Shown one piece after another: positions 16,815 through 26,900 of a DNA stretch of 46,265 nucleotides (its first letter is position 1; the number at the start of each line of letters is the position of its first letter). This DNA comes from a virus (taxonomy: Duplodnaviria; Caudoviricetes). Below the pieces are notes generated by a model. It saw only the letters and a program-made list of their open reading frames with translations, had not been told where the DNA came from and searched no databases. Where the stretch lies: positions 1-46,265 of IMG/VR virus record IMGVR_UViG_3300047561_000454; one strand, given 5' to 3'. The position numbers were made by a program, and so were the translations under genes.

Positions 16815-17613
16815 TTATCAGCTCCATAAAGTTTTCTTTGTTCATAACATGAAAGTCCATATCTTTTATGTTAATATATTCTTTGCGAATCTTGCCTCTT
16901 TGCCAATTGTCAAACATTACAGTATATTCTGTGTTATATTCGTCATCAGTGTTTTTATAAACGCTAGTATTCTTACCCACATGCAACAAGTTCCATGGTA
17001 TAACATCTTCTATTGGTGTAGTATGTCCATTGACTATTCTAGTTGCTAGTGTTAGTCCATAGTCATTTCTGAAAGTTGCAGATATAAATCCATGTATGTT
17101 TGCATAGTGTTCAAAGTTATTCTGTACCATTTCTAAGCAATTGAATATTTGTTTTGCTCTTTTTGTTTTCTTAAACATGACTATAGTAGCCCACAACGTA
17201 TTAAAACTATATACACTTAACATTTCCTGTGCAGCACCAGGATGCATCAGAAAACTAGTGTTATCATGGCAGCAAAAGTCTGTAGGTAAATCAAAAGTCT
17301 TTAATAGTTTATCTGAGTTGACCATGTAATCAGTATCTAATAAAATAGTCTCATCATACGGACTAAACTGATATGCACGATATCTGCCTTTATTGTACCA
17401 TACTCCCCAATCTCTTTTGTTAGTTTTATCAGCAGTAGCTATAACAATGTTATCAAATTGGTATGATTGTTTAACTGGCAATGATTCACTATCTGTCACT
17501 AATGTTACAGGTAGCCCCAAAAAGTGATTTATGCGTTTAGCAGTTACTACTGCCATTTCGTAGTAGTTATATTTTGGGTTGTTGAATGCAAAAAGTAATG
17601 CCCCTCTATTCAT
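16807..17613 (-). CDS. Glycosyltransferase-like protein (GT8/nucleotide-diphospho-sugar transferase-like)
   Basis: RGALLFAFNN, SPYDETILLDTD (DxD), WATIVMFKK, FRNDY, HVMNK. Confidence 0.75.
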   Translation of the reverse strand: MNRGALLFAFNNPKYNYYEMAVVTAKRINHFLGLPVTLVTDSESLPVKQSYQFDNIVIATADKTNKRDWGVWYNKGRYRAYQFSPYDETILLDTDYMVNSDKLLKTFDLPTDFCCHDNTSFLMHPGAAQEMLSVYSFNTLWATIVMFKKTKRAKQIFNCLEMVQNNFEHYANIHGFISATFRNDYGLTLATRIVNGHTTPIEDVIPWNLLHVGKNTSVYKNTDDEYNTEYTVMFDNWQRGKIRKEYINIKDMDFHVMNKENFMELISE

Positions 17614-17915
17614 CTTTTACTTTCTAACTCTTTCCATTCTTTATACCACTCTAGCATTATTTGATTGTATGTTGCCTTAAGCAACACAAGTAGTTTATCA
17701 CGATTTACTTGTACAGGATTGTTAAATGTGTCTATCAAAATAACAAAATTATCATCCATGACACTTAAAAAAGTAATGGTGTGTAAGTCAGCTTTCCAAA
17801 GGCCACTTTGGTCAGCTACGATCAATTTACTATCGTATTTGTCTTTTAGATATGCTTTGGCTGAGTTATGATTGAAGCGGGCTTTAGCTTCACTGATTAA
17901 TGATGTTGTATCCAT
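17610..17915 (-). CDS. Hypothetical phage protein
   Basis: 101 aa, AGGAG RBS, upstream CTAAATA at 17936-17931, ATGA-coupled to the next gene. Confidence 0.8.
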   Translation of the reverse strand: MDTTSLISEAKARFNHNSAKAYLKDKYDSKLIVADQSGLWKADLHTITFLSVMDDNFVILIDTFNNPVQVNRDKLLVLLKATYNQIMLEWYKEWKELESKR

Positions 17916-17930
17916 GTGTACTCCTAAGAG

Positions 17931-17937
17931 TATTTAG
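17931..17937 (-). promoter_or_regulatory. Late promoter-like CTAAATA at the head of the glycosylation block
   Basis: ATCTAAATACTC-TTAGGAG-tacac-ATG. Confidence 0.5.
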
Positions 17938-17962
17938 ATGGATACGACAAGTTTGATAAAAA

Positions 17963-18916
17963 TTATGCGCCGGTTGCCGAACCAGTAATTGAAATAGTTC
18001 CCCAAGTGTTGGCTAGGTAAGTAGTTTCGGGTGCTTGTACAGTCACTGTGGTGCTTGAACCGGTTCCTACGGTTAATCCATCTGGAATTTCATCCCAAAT
18101 TGTAAATAACGTGATGACACTTCCTGTATCTCCGTTTACACCTTGTGTGCCATTGCTTTTAGCAATAACACGAATAAAGGTACTCAAGTATCCTGAAGGG
18201 CCAGTAGATGCTAGTTGAGTAAAGATATTTGCATTACTAGTAGTCAATGCAAAATATCCATTATTTGGTAATATAGTTGGGGTGTTTCCGCCACCGCCTA
18301 TTTTAGTAACACCATTAAATGAAACACTGGAGATAGTTATACTTCCCGAAGAAGGAGAACTTAATACTACAGTACCTACATTGCTAGCTAAATTATTGAA
18401 TAATAGATTAATACCAGCTGTGCTATTAGCGTGGGCACATGTTACTTTTAATTGTCCGCCTGCATTAAAGAAATATCTTGCTGCATTACCATTTGCAAAA
18501 GTTACAGTATGCGTAAATGTAGCTGCTTGTGTCCAAGTAGTACCAAGAGTTGCAGTATTAGCAACAGTAGAGCCTTGTGTGGCTGCATTTAATCTGGGTG
18601 CATATATGGTTGTTAAATTTGTAGGGATAGCTGACAAGTAAGTTATTGTACCACCGGCTGCCGGGGCAGTAACTGTGGTAATTGAAGTGCCTTGATGTGA
18701 TGCACTATTTGCTGTTTTGTTAACTAAGTTAGCCCAATCTGCTGCGTAAACTTGTGTACCTACTGTTACATTTCCTAAAGCAGTTTGTCCATATCCAGCA
18801 GTTGTTCCACCGGTGGCCCACACTGTGTTCAATGTTCCACTACTAGTTACTGGATCTCCACCTACTAATGCGTTATAATCTGCTGCTGCTATGTTTCCGT
18901 ATTGTGCGTAAGCCAT
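17963..18916 (-). CDS. Virion structural (tail/fibre-associated) protein
   Basis: Thr/Gly/Ala-rich, ARYFFNAGG motif, lies directly after the tail fibre gene, TAAGGA RBS. Confidence 0.7.
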   Translation of the reverse strand: MAYAQYGNIAAADYNALVGGDPVTSSGTLNTVWATGGTTAGYGQTALGNVTVGTQVYAADWANLVNKTANSASHQGTSITTVTAPAAGGTITYLSAIPTNLTTIYAPRLNAATQGSTVANTATLGTTWTQAATFTHTVTFANGNAARYFFNAGGQLKVTCAHANSTAGINLLFNNLASNVGTVVLSSPSSGSITISSVSFNGVTKIGGGGNTPTILPNNGYFALTTSNANIFTQLASTGPSGYLSTFIRVIAKSNGTQGVNGDTGSVITLFTIWDEIPDGLTVGTGSSTTVTVQAPETTYLANTWGTISITGSATGA

Positions 18917-18925
18917 TTTTATTCC

Positions 18926-20173
18926 TTATCTTGATACAGTAACAATTGCTAATACTGTTCCAATACTAGAATCAGTTTTATTTTCTAGTGAACGTCCAAT
19001 GACATTAAATGCTGTTGCTTCGCCTGGCTTAGCTGCTCGTGCGATACCTTCACCTGCACTAACTAAACGATCATTCTTTTTAACTGTTCCTGTAACTTTA
19101 ACTTTAACACGTCCTGTCATAGCGACCGGTGGGTGAGTGGTATCATCGCCTGCACCTGAATTCATTAAGTAAGCAGCAGTATTTGAAATGACACCAAATA
19201 TATCTTCGCTTAGTTCGTACTTAACGCTAGTTATTTCTTTTTCACCGCCTAACTCAACTACTGTGCCTGCATCATAATATGCATCAGCTTCAAATCGTTC
19301 TGCTAAGTCAGCATATGTTGCTTGTAATCTACTACCGGATGTTAATGTCCAATTGCCAGTTAATTGTCCTGCTGTGGAATTTGCGCCTGTAGTTATATTT
19401 GCCGTTGAAACACTAGAAGGAGCAATAACTCCTGTAAATTGCGAAACTGAATTTGCTCCAGTTAGATAATCAAATACATTTGCATTGTTATATGTACCAG
19501 CAAAACTGATAGTTGTACCGTTTGCATACATGTATCTATCTGTTTTAATACCATATGTGTTGCCATTGTTGTTGATTACAATATTACCAGCGTTAACATA
19601 AAGTCCGGTTCCTGCTATAGTATTAGCAGTTCCAGTTCCATTTAAAGTCCAAGTACCAGTGATATTACCACCAGTGCTTGCAGCACCAGTTGTGATATTT
19701 GCAGTATTTAATGTACCAATGTTGCCAGTTGTCACATTAGCATTGGCTATTGTTGCATTTGCTGTTATTGTAGCTAAACGAACTGTCATTGTGTCACCGA
19801 CTAATGCATTAGTCGCATTGATATTATTTGCTACTAAGTTTCCAGTGACGGTTACTGCACCAAAGGTAGTTGTTCCGCCGCTTGCAGTAGAAGTTAGTGC
19901 TAACCAGCTGCTAGCTGTAGTTGTTCCGTCTGCTGGACAAACATACATTGTGTTGCTGTTTGTGTTCCACCATAATTGACCTGCTAATGGGTTGGCCGGA
20001 GGACTAGCATTGGCAAAACTTTCTAGTTGGTGAACAAAGTTTGTATCTAAATATTGTCCGTAACCAGCATAATTCCTGCCTGGAAGTTGTAAGGACGTAC
20101 TGCTAGTATTGATAGTACCATCAGCAATGGTTGTCAGTACTTGTCCATTACTTTTTACTATTGTATATGCCAT
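18926..20173 (-). CDS. Tail fibre-like protein with a C-terminal intramolecular-chaperone/peptidase G2-like domain
   Basis: N-terminal STSLQLPGRNYAGYGQ..NFVHQLESFA..P.NPLAGQLWW anchor, beta-rich shaft, and C-terminal YADLAERFEAD..PVAMTGRVKVKV..DRLVS. Confidence 0.75.
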   Translation of the reverse strand: MAYTIVKSNGQVLTTIADGTINTSSTSLQLPGRNYAGYGQYLDTNFVHQLESFANASPPANPLAGQLWWNTNSNTMYVCPADGTTTASSWLALTSTASGGTTTFGAVTVTGNLVANNINATNALVGDTMTVRLATITANATIANANVTTGNIGTLNTANITTGAASTGGNITGTWTLNGTGTANTIAGTGLYVNAGNIVINNNGNTYGIKTDRYMYANGTTISFAGTYNNANVFDYLTGANSVSQFTGVIAPSSVSTANITTGANSTAGQLTGNWTLTSGSRLQATYADLAERFEADAYYDAGTVVELGGEKEITSVKYELSEDIFGVISNTAAYLMNSGAGDDTTHPPVAMTGRVKVKVTGTVKKNDRLVSAGEGIARAAKPGEATAFNVIGRSLENKTDSSIGTVLAIVTVSR

Positions 20174-20196
20174 GTTAAAATTGCTCCGTTATCTGT

Positions 20197-20203
20197 TATT
20201 TAT
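20197..20203 (-). promoter_or_regulatory. Late promoter-like ATAAATA
   Basis: AAGATAAATAAC in the gap before the tail fibre gene. Confidence 0.55.
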
Positions 20204-20204
20204 C

Positions 20205-20825
20205 TTAAATTGTTACTAAGTTTGTCAAACTTTGAATTCTAACTGTGTAATCAATCTGAATTTGTCTGTTTAAACTTTTTTGTACTGGGTGAAATATTAC
20301 ATGAGTCAATAGTCTTGTAAGAACATTTCCATTAACGTCAGTTCCGTTGTTCCCAAGTAGTCCTAATTCGTCAAAAACATAGGAACTGTCAGTTTGGGTA
20401 CTGTTATCAAATGCTGCTTGTCCTGCAGGCTCGCCGTAATCTAGTAAACATTGTACTAATATATCAGTATAAACTTTACCGGTTGTGTGATTTACAGTCA
20501 TTTTATTGCGTGTAGGATCTAGGTTAAAAACACTAGTATCATCTACGATTTTAGTGTATGTTTGATTGTATAACGCAGCATTTTGTCCCATGACGTTTGG
20601 CGGAAGATAGGTAATAATTCCAGTATCAGAAACACTTGCTCCGCCGTTTCCAAACGCCATTTCGTAAATTTCTCCGTAACCACGACTGCTTAATGTTTCA
20701 GCAATAGCTATTGACATATTTTCGTAATTAATAGCATTTTTCTTATCTACGAAAATTTCCCCGTTATTAGGGTCATAGATTTTCAAAAATCCTTCTATTT
20801 TGTATGTTAGTGTTATTACTGACAT
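20205..20825 (-). CDS. Virion structural/baseplate-associated protein
   Basis: KNAINYEN, MAFGNGG, FDELGL, LLTHVIFHPVQKSLNR.IQIDYTVRI; located in the baseplate module. Confidence 0.72.
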   Translation of the reverse strand: MSVITLTYKIEGFLKIYDPNNGEIFVDKKNAINYENMSIAIAETLSSRGYGEIYEMAFGNGGASVSDTGIITYLPPNVMGQNAALYNQTYTKIVDDTSVFNLDPTRNKMTVNHTTGKVYTDILVQCLLDYGEPAGQAAFDNSTQTDSSYVFDELGLLGNNGTDVNGNVLTRLLTHVIFHPVQKSLNRQIQIDYTVRIQSLTNLVTI

Positions 20826-20980
20826 TAATTATCACCTCTTATTTGTACTAATACTTCTTTAGTATTTGGATCCGTTATCTTTACGCTGGAAGAAAAGTAA
20901 AAACCACCGTGTTCATTGGGTTTATTTTCCTGTTTTTCCGACGGTTGTTTTTCTTTGTTTTCTTCCATTTTTTCGTTCAT
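20825..20980 (-). CDS. 51-aa hypothetical protein missed by the ORF track (MNEKMEENKEKQPSEKQENKPNEHGGFYFSSSVKITDPNTKEVLVQIRGDN)
   Basis: Hand-translated. Its stop overlaps the next start (TAATG), ATAAATA lies 4 nt upstream of the ATG, and it fills the intergenic gap exactly. Confidence 0.82.
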   Translation of the reverse strand: MNEKMEENKEKQPSEKQENKPNEHGGFYFSSSVKITDPNTKEVLVQIRGDN

Positions 20981-20984
20981 ATAT

Positions 20985-20991
20985 TATTTAT
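20985..20991 (-). promoter_or_regulatory. Late promoter-like ATAAATA
   Basis: AAGATAAATA-ATAT-ATG before the 51-aa ORF. Confidence 0.55.
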
Positions 20992-20993
20992 CT

Positions 20994-23900
20994 TTAAGTT
21001 ATGTTCGTTCTTAAGAATATTGCACCTTGGGTATCTGCAATTTGCAATGGATCTCCGTCCACTATATCATAGATTCCCGGGATTGGATTCCAGGTCTCAG
21101 AGTACAATACATCTGACATTCTGTTGCTAGGAATCAAGCCAAACGCTTCAGAATATACTGGAATGTATGTTTGCATTCCGGTTCCATTGGCTCCTCTAGT
21201 AAGCTGAGATACTGAATTTGTTACTATATCACACTCGTTAAATCCAATCTGTTCCCCATTAATATATAGCAATCTACCTTCAAGAGTGGCAATAGTTAAT
21301 GAATCACCTACTGAAATCCCTGTAGGTTGAATTTCTAATACAGGAGCAGTATCTACTAAGGTCACAACAAAATTACTACTAGACACGTATAATCCAGTGG
21401 TATTATTAAGTACTGAAATGTGACATATAACATTCTTATTAGAAATTAACCCAATACTGAATACACCGTCAACTAATGCAGGAGCTGTCACATTTTGAAC
21501 TACTGAATCAGTAACTCTAGTAGCATCATTTAAGTAAATTGTATCTTGTAAAATTTCCAACGGAGATATTAACCAAGTTCTAGTTTGATGATTAGCCCTG
21601 TAAACTACTCCGTCGCCCTGTTGAGATACATTCAATAGATATGTTTCTTCATTTGGAGATGCTGTTGGCATCATACTTGTAATAATAACTTCATCACCCG
21701 TTACAATTTGAGCTAAAATACTTAAATTATTATATAAATTTAATTTCAATGAACTCGACGGTACTCTGTATCCATTAATAGTTACCCATAATCTATCTAC
21801 ATTAACTTGTTCATATTGAGTTACAAAGATAGAACCAGTTGCGTCTACTAACTGAACTTCTTCTTGGAAGGGGAATGGAGTCTCACTAATAGTAAATTCT
21901 TGCAATCCACTAGCAATACCTGTACCAGTACCAGACCCACTAGCTGTAAATATACCTCCTACTACTGGACTACCTGTAATCCAATCATACGCAGATGCGA
22001 TTGCTTGCCAATCTGTAGTTCCCAAACTATCTATCTCATATTGATTACCTACAATGAAGTTACCAGCAGATATTTCTGGTCTAACTGCAAATATATAATA
22101 CTTATGTTTAGCTAGAATATTACCCAATATGTTTGTGCCTTCGCTAGCTGCGTATTGAGTAAAATATACAGGAGTATTTGGTATTAAAATATCAGTACTA
22201 TCAACTGTTATTCTATTTCCATTGTCATCTGTGCTAGTTGCAAAAGTATTTGATATTGTGAATAAACCATCTGTCCATATATAACCTCCGCCACCATAAC
22301 TACTAATAGTAGTTACTGGATAGTTAACTGCATTTAATGCTGGATTGTATGGTTGTGTATATAATTCAAATTGCGTAGTTGAAATTGGTCTAACGTAATA
22401 AAGATTATTATTTAATTGTGCTGACCCAAGAACTCCATCAATGCGAACTATTGAATTTAATTCAAAATTTGGATTTATACTAGTGGTTACTATTACTGCA
22501 CTAGAACCATCTGCATATCCAAATAATGTAGTAGCTACTGCTGCTGTAGTAACAGTAGGAGATGCACTAAATTGATCTTGTATGGTAAAAGCGTAAGCTA
22601 TATTAGGATTAGTTGTTATTGCGCTAACTGTGTAGTTTGTTCCTATAGTACTAATGCCATTAACTGTGGTTGAAACTGCTGTTCCACTGCCTGATCCAAT
22701 TCCACTCGCAGTGAAGATTCCACCTACTACTGGATTTCCAAATATCCAATTGTATGTAGTTGCAATTGATTGCCAATCGGTATTACCTAAACTAGTTATA
22801 CAATATTGTTCAGTGACTGTAAACGAACCGGCATTGGTATTAGTAGTTTTAAACTGTATAGATTCCCCAACACTTAAGTTAAGTGAAGGGTCTGATGCGC
22901 TAATTAATGCGTTTGCTAATTTTGCTGTACCATCACCAGCCCCTACAGTAACTGCGGTAAACAAGTTACCTACAGCGTAGGTTACTCCAGCTGTTCCGGC
23001 AGCAGTATTCCAGTCTGTCGTGGTACCTAACGATACAATGCTATATTGGTTAGTTGTTGTAAATGCACCTGCGGTAACAACTGTAGCTGATCCAGCTTGT
23101 GTGCTAGTAATACCAATAGTAGCACTAGTAGGTGTAATAACATTGTTTATATTTGTTATAGCTGCTACTGTAAATCCATTAACAGATGCTGTCATTGAAC
23201 CTGAAGTTGTGGCTAGTACCGGAGAAGTTCCGCCTACTGTATCAGATACTGTAAATGTTGTAGAATTAATAATTGATGTGACATAATAAGTTGCCCCAGC
23301 TGCTAGGCCGGACCCTGAAATAACAGTGCCAAAGACTAATGGATAATTAATTGACAATATACTTGTGTCTGCTGTTGTTAGCCAATATTTTGCTTCATCA
23401 AAATCACTTTGATCAAATCCAACTATTGCAGTTCCAGTTCCACTGCCTACCCCAGTTGCAGTAAAGCTAGCTAGGTATGTTGTCCCCGTGCCTGTTCCAA
23501 CTGCTTGTGCAGTAAATAGTACATTTTGTGCGGCGGACGCAGTTATTGTAGTACTTGCAACCGTTTGAGTAGCACTTACTGTATATGTACCAACGCCGCC
23601 GGATCCTGTTAAGAATCCAGTAATAGTTGTTCCAACAGTAACTCCGGTACCAGATAGAACTTGATTAATAGTTAAAATGTGTGCAGATGCAGTTCCTGTT
23701 CCAACACCTACAGCTTCACAATAAAATGTAGAACCGATCGCATAAACTACTCCAGTTGTCCCTGCAATAGTATTCCATTGTGCTTGTGTAGTTGTTCCCA
23801 ATGCTAAAATTTCATAGTTAATTCCAACTACAAATGCTGTAGCAACGGTAGATGTTAATGATTTAGTAACAGTTAACACCCCAGTTAAAACACCGTTAAT

Positions 23901-26900
23901 TGTTTGATTTGCTATACTGCCTGTCACAGTACCAGTTGCACCAACAGCAGTCCAATTTGTTGTCCCTGTTGCATTGACAACATATTGATTTCCTGCCACT
24001 AAACTAGTAGCTGCAACCACACTAGCTCCGATGCTTGTCCAAGTTGTAGTACCAATTGATTGTATTACATAAGGTTGACCTATTACAAAATTACCAGCAG
24101 TAACAAGTTGATCAAAATTAAATACACTAGCAGTGGTATTAGTTACTGTTATACTAGTAAACTCAGTGCCAGGAGTTCCAGTGATACCGTATTGTGTACT
24201 AAAGTACTGACGGTCAGTTGAATTATATGAAGTAACTGCTATACTAGAGTTAGCTGCTGGAGGTGAGTTAAACAGTATTGAGTCAGTATCGCTACTTATT
24301 GTGTAGACGCTATTTGTTTGGCGCAACCCGTTAACTTCAACAATTGCATTAGTTGGATTTAAATCACCAACATAATAATCTAATGCAAACGATGACGTAG
24401 AACCATTACCCACAAATTGTTGAGTCTGCGGCAAGGTGTATCCATATTGTGTAGGTTGTGTTTGTCCTAAGAATGAGTATGCTAGATAATCTACTGTATT
24501 GTCGTAGTCGGCTGCAAATATTATAGAAGCAGTAATTCCATTATCTGCAATTACAATTGAGTAATCATTTGATATAAATTCTGCACTACCAGTTCCGTTT
24601 GATAATTCAAATACTGGTCCGCCTACCGTTTCGGATATAGTGAATTCGTTAGCATCATATATAATTTTGATATAATATGTTTGATGATGAACTATTCCAC
24701 CAAATATTGTAGCACTAAAAACTATAGGAGTATTTACAATAAGTCCACTAGTAGTGATTGTTGTTATGGTATTGGTTGATGCTTTTGTTCTTAATACAGT
24801 AGCACTATAGCCTAATACTAATAAATTACCATTGTGATACACTGCCGGCGGTGACCAAGCTGCACCTAACCCTGTTTGAATAATTGCTTGCATAAGTCCA
24901 GATGCAGCAGACAATGTGAATATAGTTCCGGCAGTTCCAGTAGATGAATTATATGTAGCTGATATAGTAATTCTATTAGTTTGATATCCAATAGATTTTA
25001 CATAATATGTTTGATCTTCAACTATATTTCCAAATACGTTGCCGCTGAAAGTGATTGCCCCATTTAGAACAAAATTATCTACATTATCGCATTGTAATGT
25101 ATCATTAATATTATTAGTTGATAATATAGATGCAGTTACGGGACTAGTAGTAGGTTTGATTAATCCAGATCCTTGATATATACCTGCGCTAAAATTCGCA
25201 TTCACATAAATTTCATTAAATCCAGTGACTTCATTATATCTTATAGGATCTGTTTCAGTGTTTGCTTTTACTAGTTGATCACCGTTACCCACTTCGTATA
25301 CATCAATTCTTAGTGTATCATATGTTGTTGATGACACATATGTTATAGGTTCAGCTAGAGTTACAATTTTGTTAATCCAATCAATTTGATAATCAGAACC
25401 TAATACCAGTGTAGTGCTTAATTCAGTAGTATAATCTATTAAAAATACACTTAATTGAATAGGAGTATTTACTGCATTGATAAAACTATATTCAGTTTGC
25501 GTTCCGGATGTTGGAGATAGTTCTAATGAAACTACATTATAACCAATATTTTGATATATTGTTTGATCCCAATTTGTACCTGGTCTAGTATTAACAATCA
25601 TGGTAATGTTGTCAGCTACTACACCAGCAACTAATTCTTCAGGTCCATATCCTGATTCAAACGAATCACCTTGAACATTGTATATTGATTCGGGAGTATT
25701 AACATAATTGTCAAGCGTCCAAGTTGTACTGTCAGTACTACGCAACACAGTGTTATTATATCCTACAACAGTCAATGTTCCTGATACATTTTCAGAATAA
25801 CTATCATATAGATTTTCAGTAACATTGGATGTTTGTTGGGTCCATGTGATACCATTTGTTGGCGAAGTAAGTATAACACCGTTGTCACCCACTGCTATAA
25901 ATTTACTTAAGTATATACTCCATGTGACATTATTTAAATTAGTAGCTACTGGTGAAGTTTGTGGGAACCATATTGTACCATTGAAACTAGTATATATAAT
26001 TCCATTGTCCCCTACTATCACAATAGTTTGATTATTTCCTGTGATGCTGTTTAATGAGAAAGTTGTATCAGAGAATGCTACTTGATTCCAAGTTAATCCG
26101 TCTACACTAGAATATATTATTCCAATATTAGTAGGAGTAGCTGTTCCACCAGATGCTGTTTGCCCTAAACCAACTGCAATAAAACCAGTGAAGCCAGCAG
26201 TACTTACATATGCAACACCATTGAATTCATTAGTAAATCCATTAGTAAATGTAAATGTTTCATCCCAAAGATATGGTACATTGTCATTAGGCTGAGTTAA
26301 TGAAGTGATAATACTACTTCCAACTGCAACTGTAGCAATATTAGAATATGTTACACGATTTAATGTTACCCCTGAAGAACTCAATAATATTGGATCAGTT
26401 GAATTATATATTGAGGTTGCAGCCCAATTAATACCGTCATCACTTGTTAATATAGGAGTTGCTGTATTATTTGAAGAAAGTATGAATTTCCCTGCTGTGT
26501 CACCAGTATAAATTATAGAAGTTATATTAATTGGAGTATTTGATAACCTATTGATAGTCCAATTTGAACCAGTATTAGTATTAATTGAAGAATACTCACT
26601 AGTATTTGTTGCTATAAAATATGTTGATCCTTTAAAGGTTATTGATTGTCCATTAAGTCCAGTTGGATAGAATGTTTGGTCTGTTAATACAGTGTTTAAG
26701 GTAAATTCATCAGCCGGTGCAAATGAATTACCTAAATAAGTACTGTTTGGATATGTTATTCCAGTGACTAATTGAGCAAGGTCAATACCTGGCATATTAA
26801 CAGTAGGTTGATAGTAACCCATAATTCTATCTAATGCGTTTAAGTTTCTATTGTCAGGTGTTAATAATTCCCATTTGCCAATAATAAATTCATTATCGTT

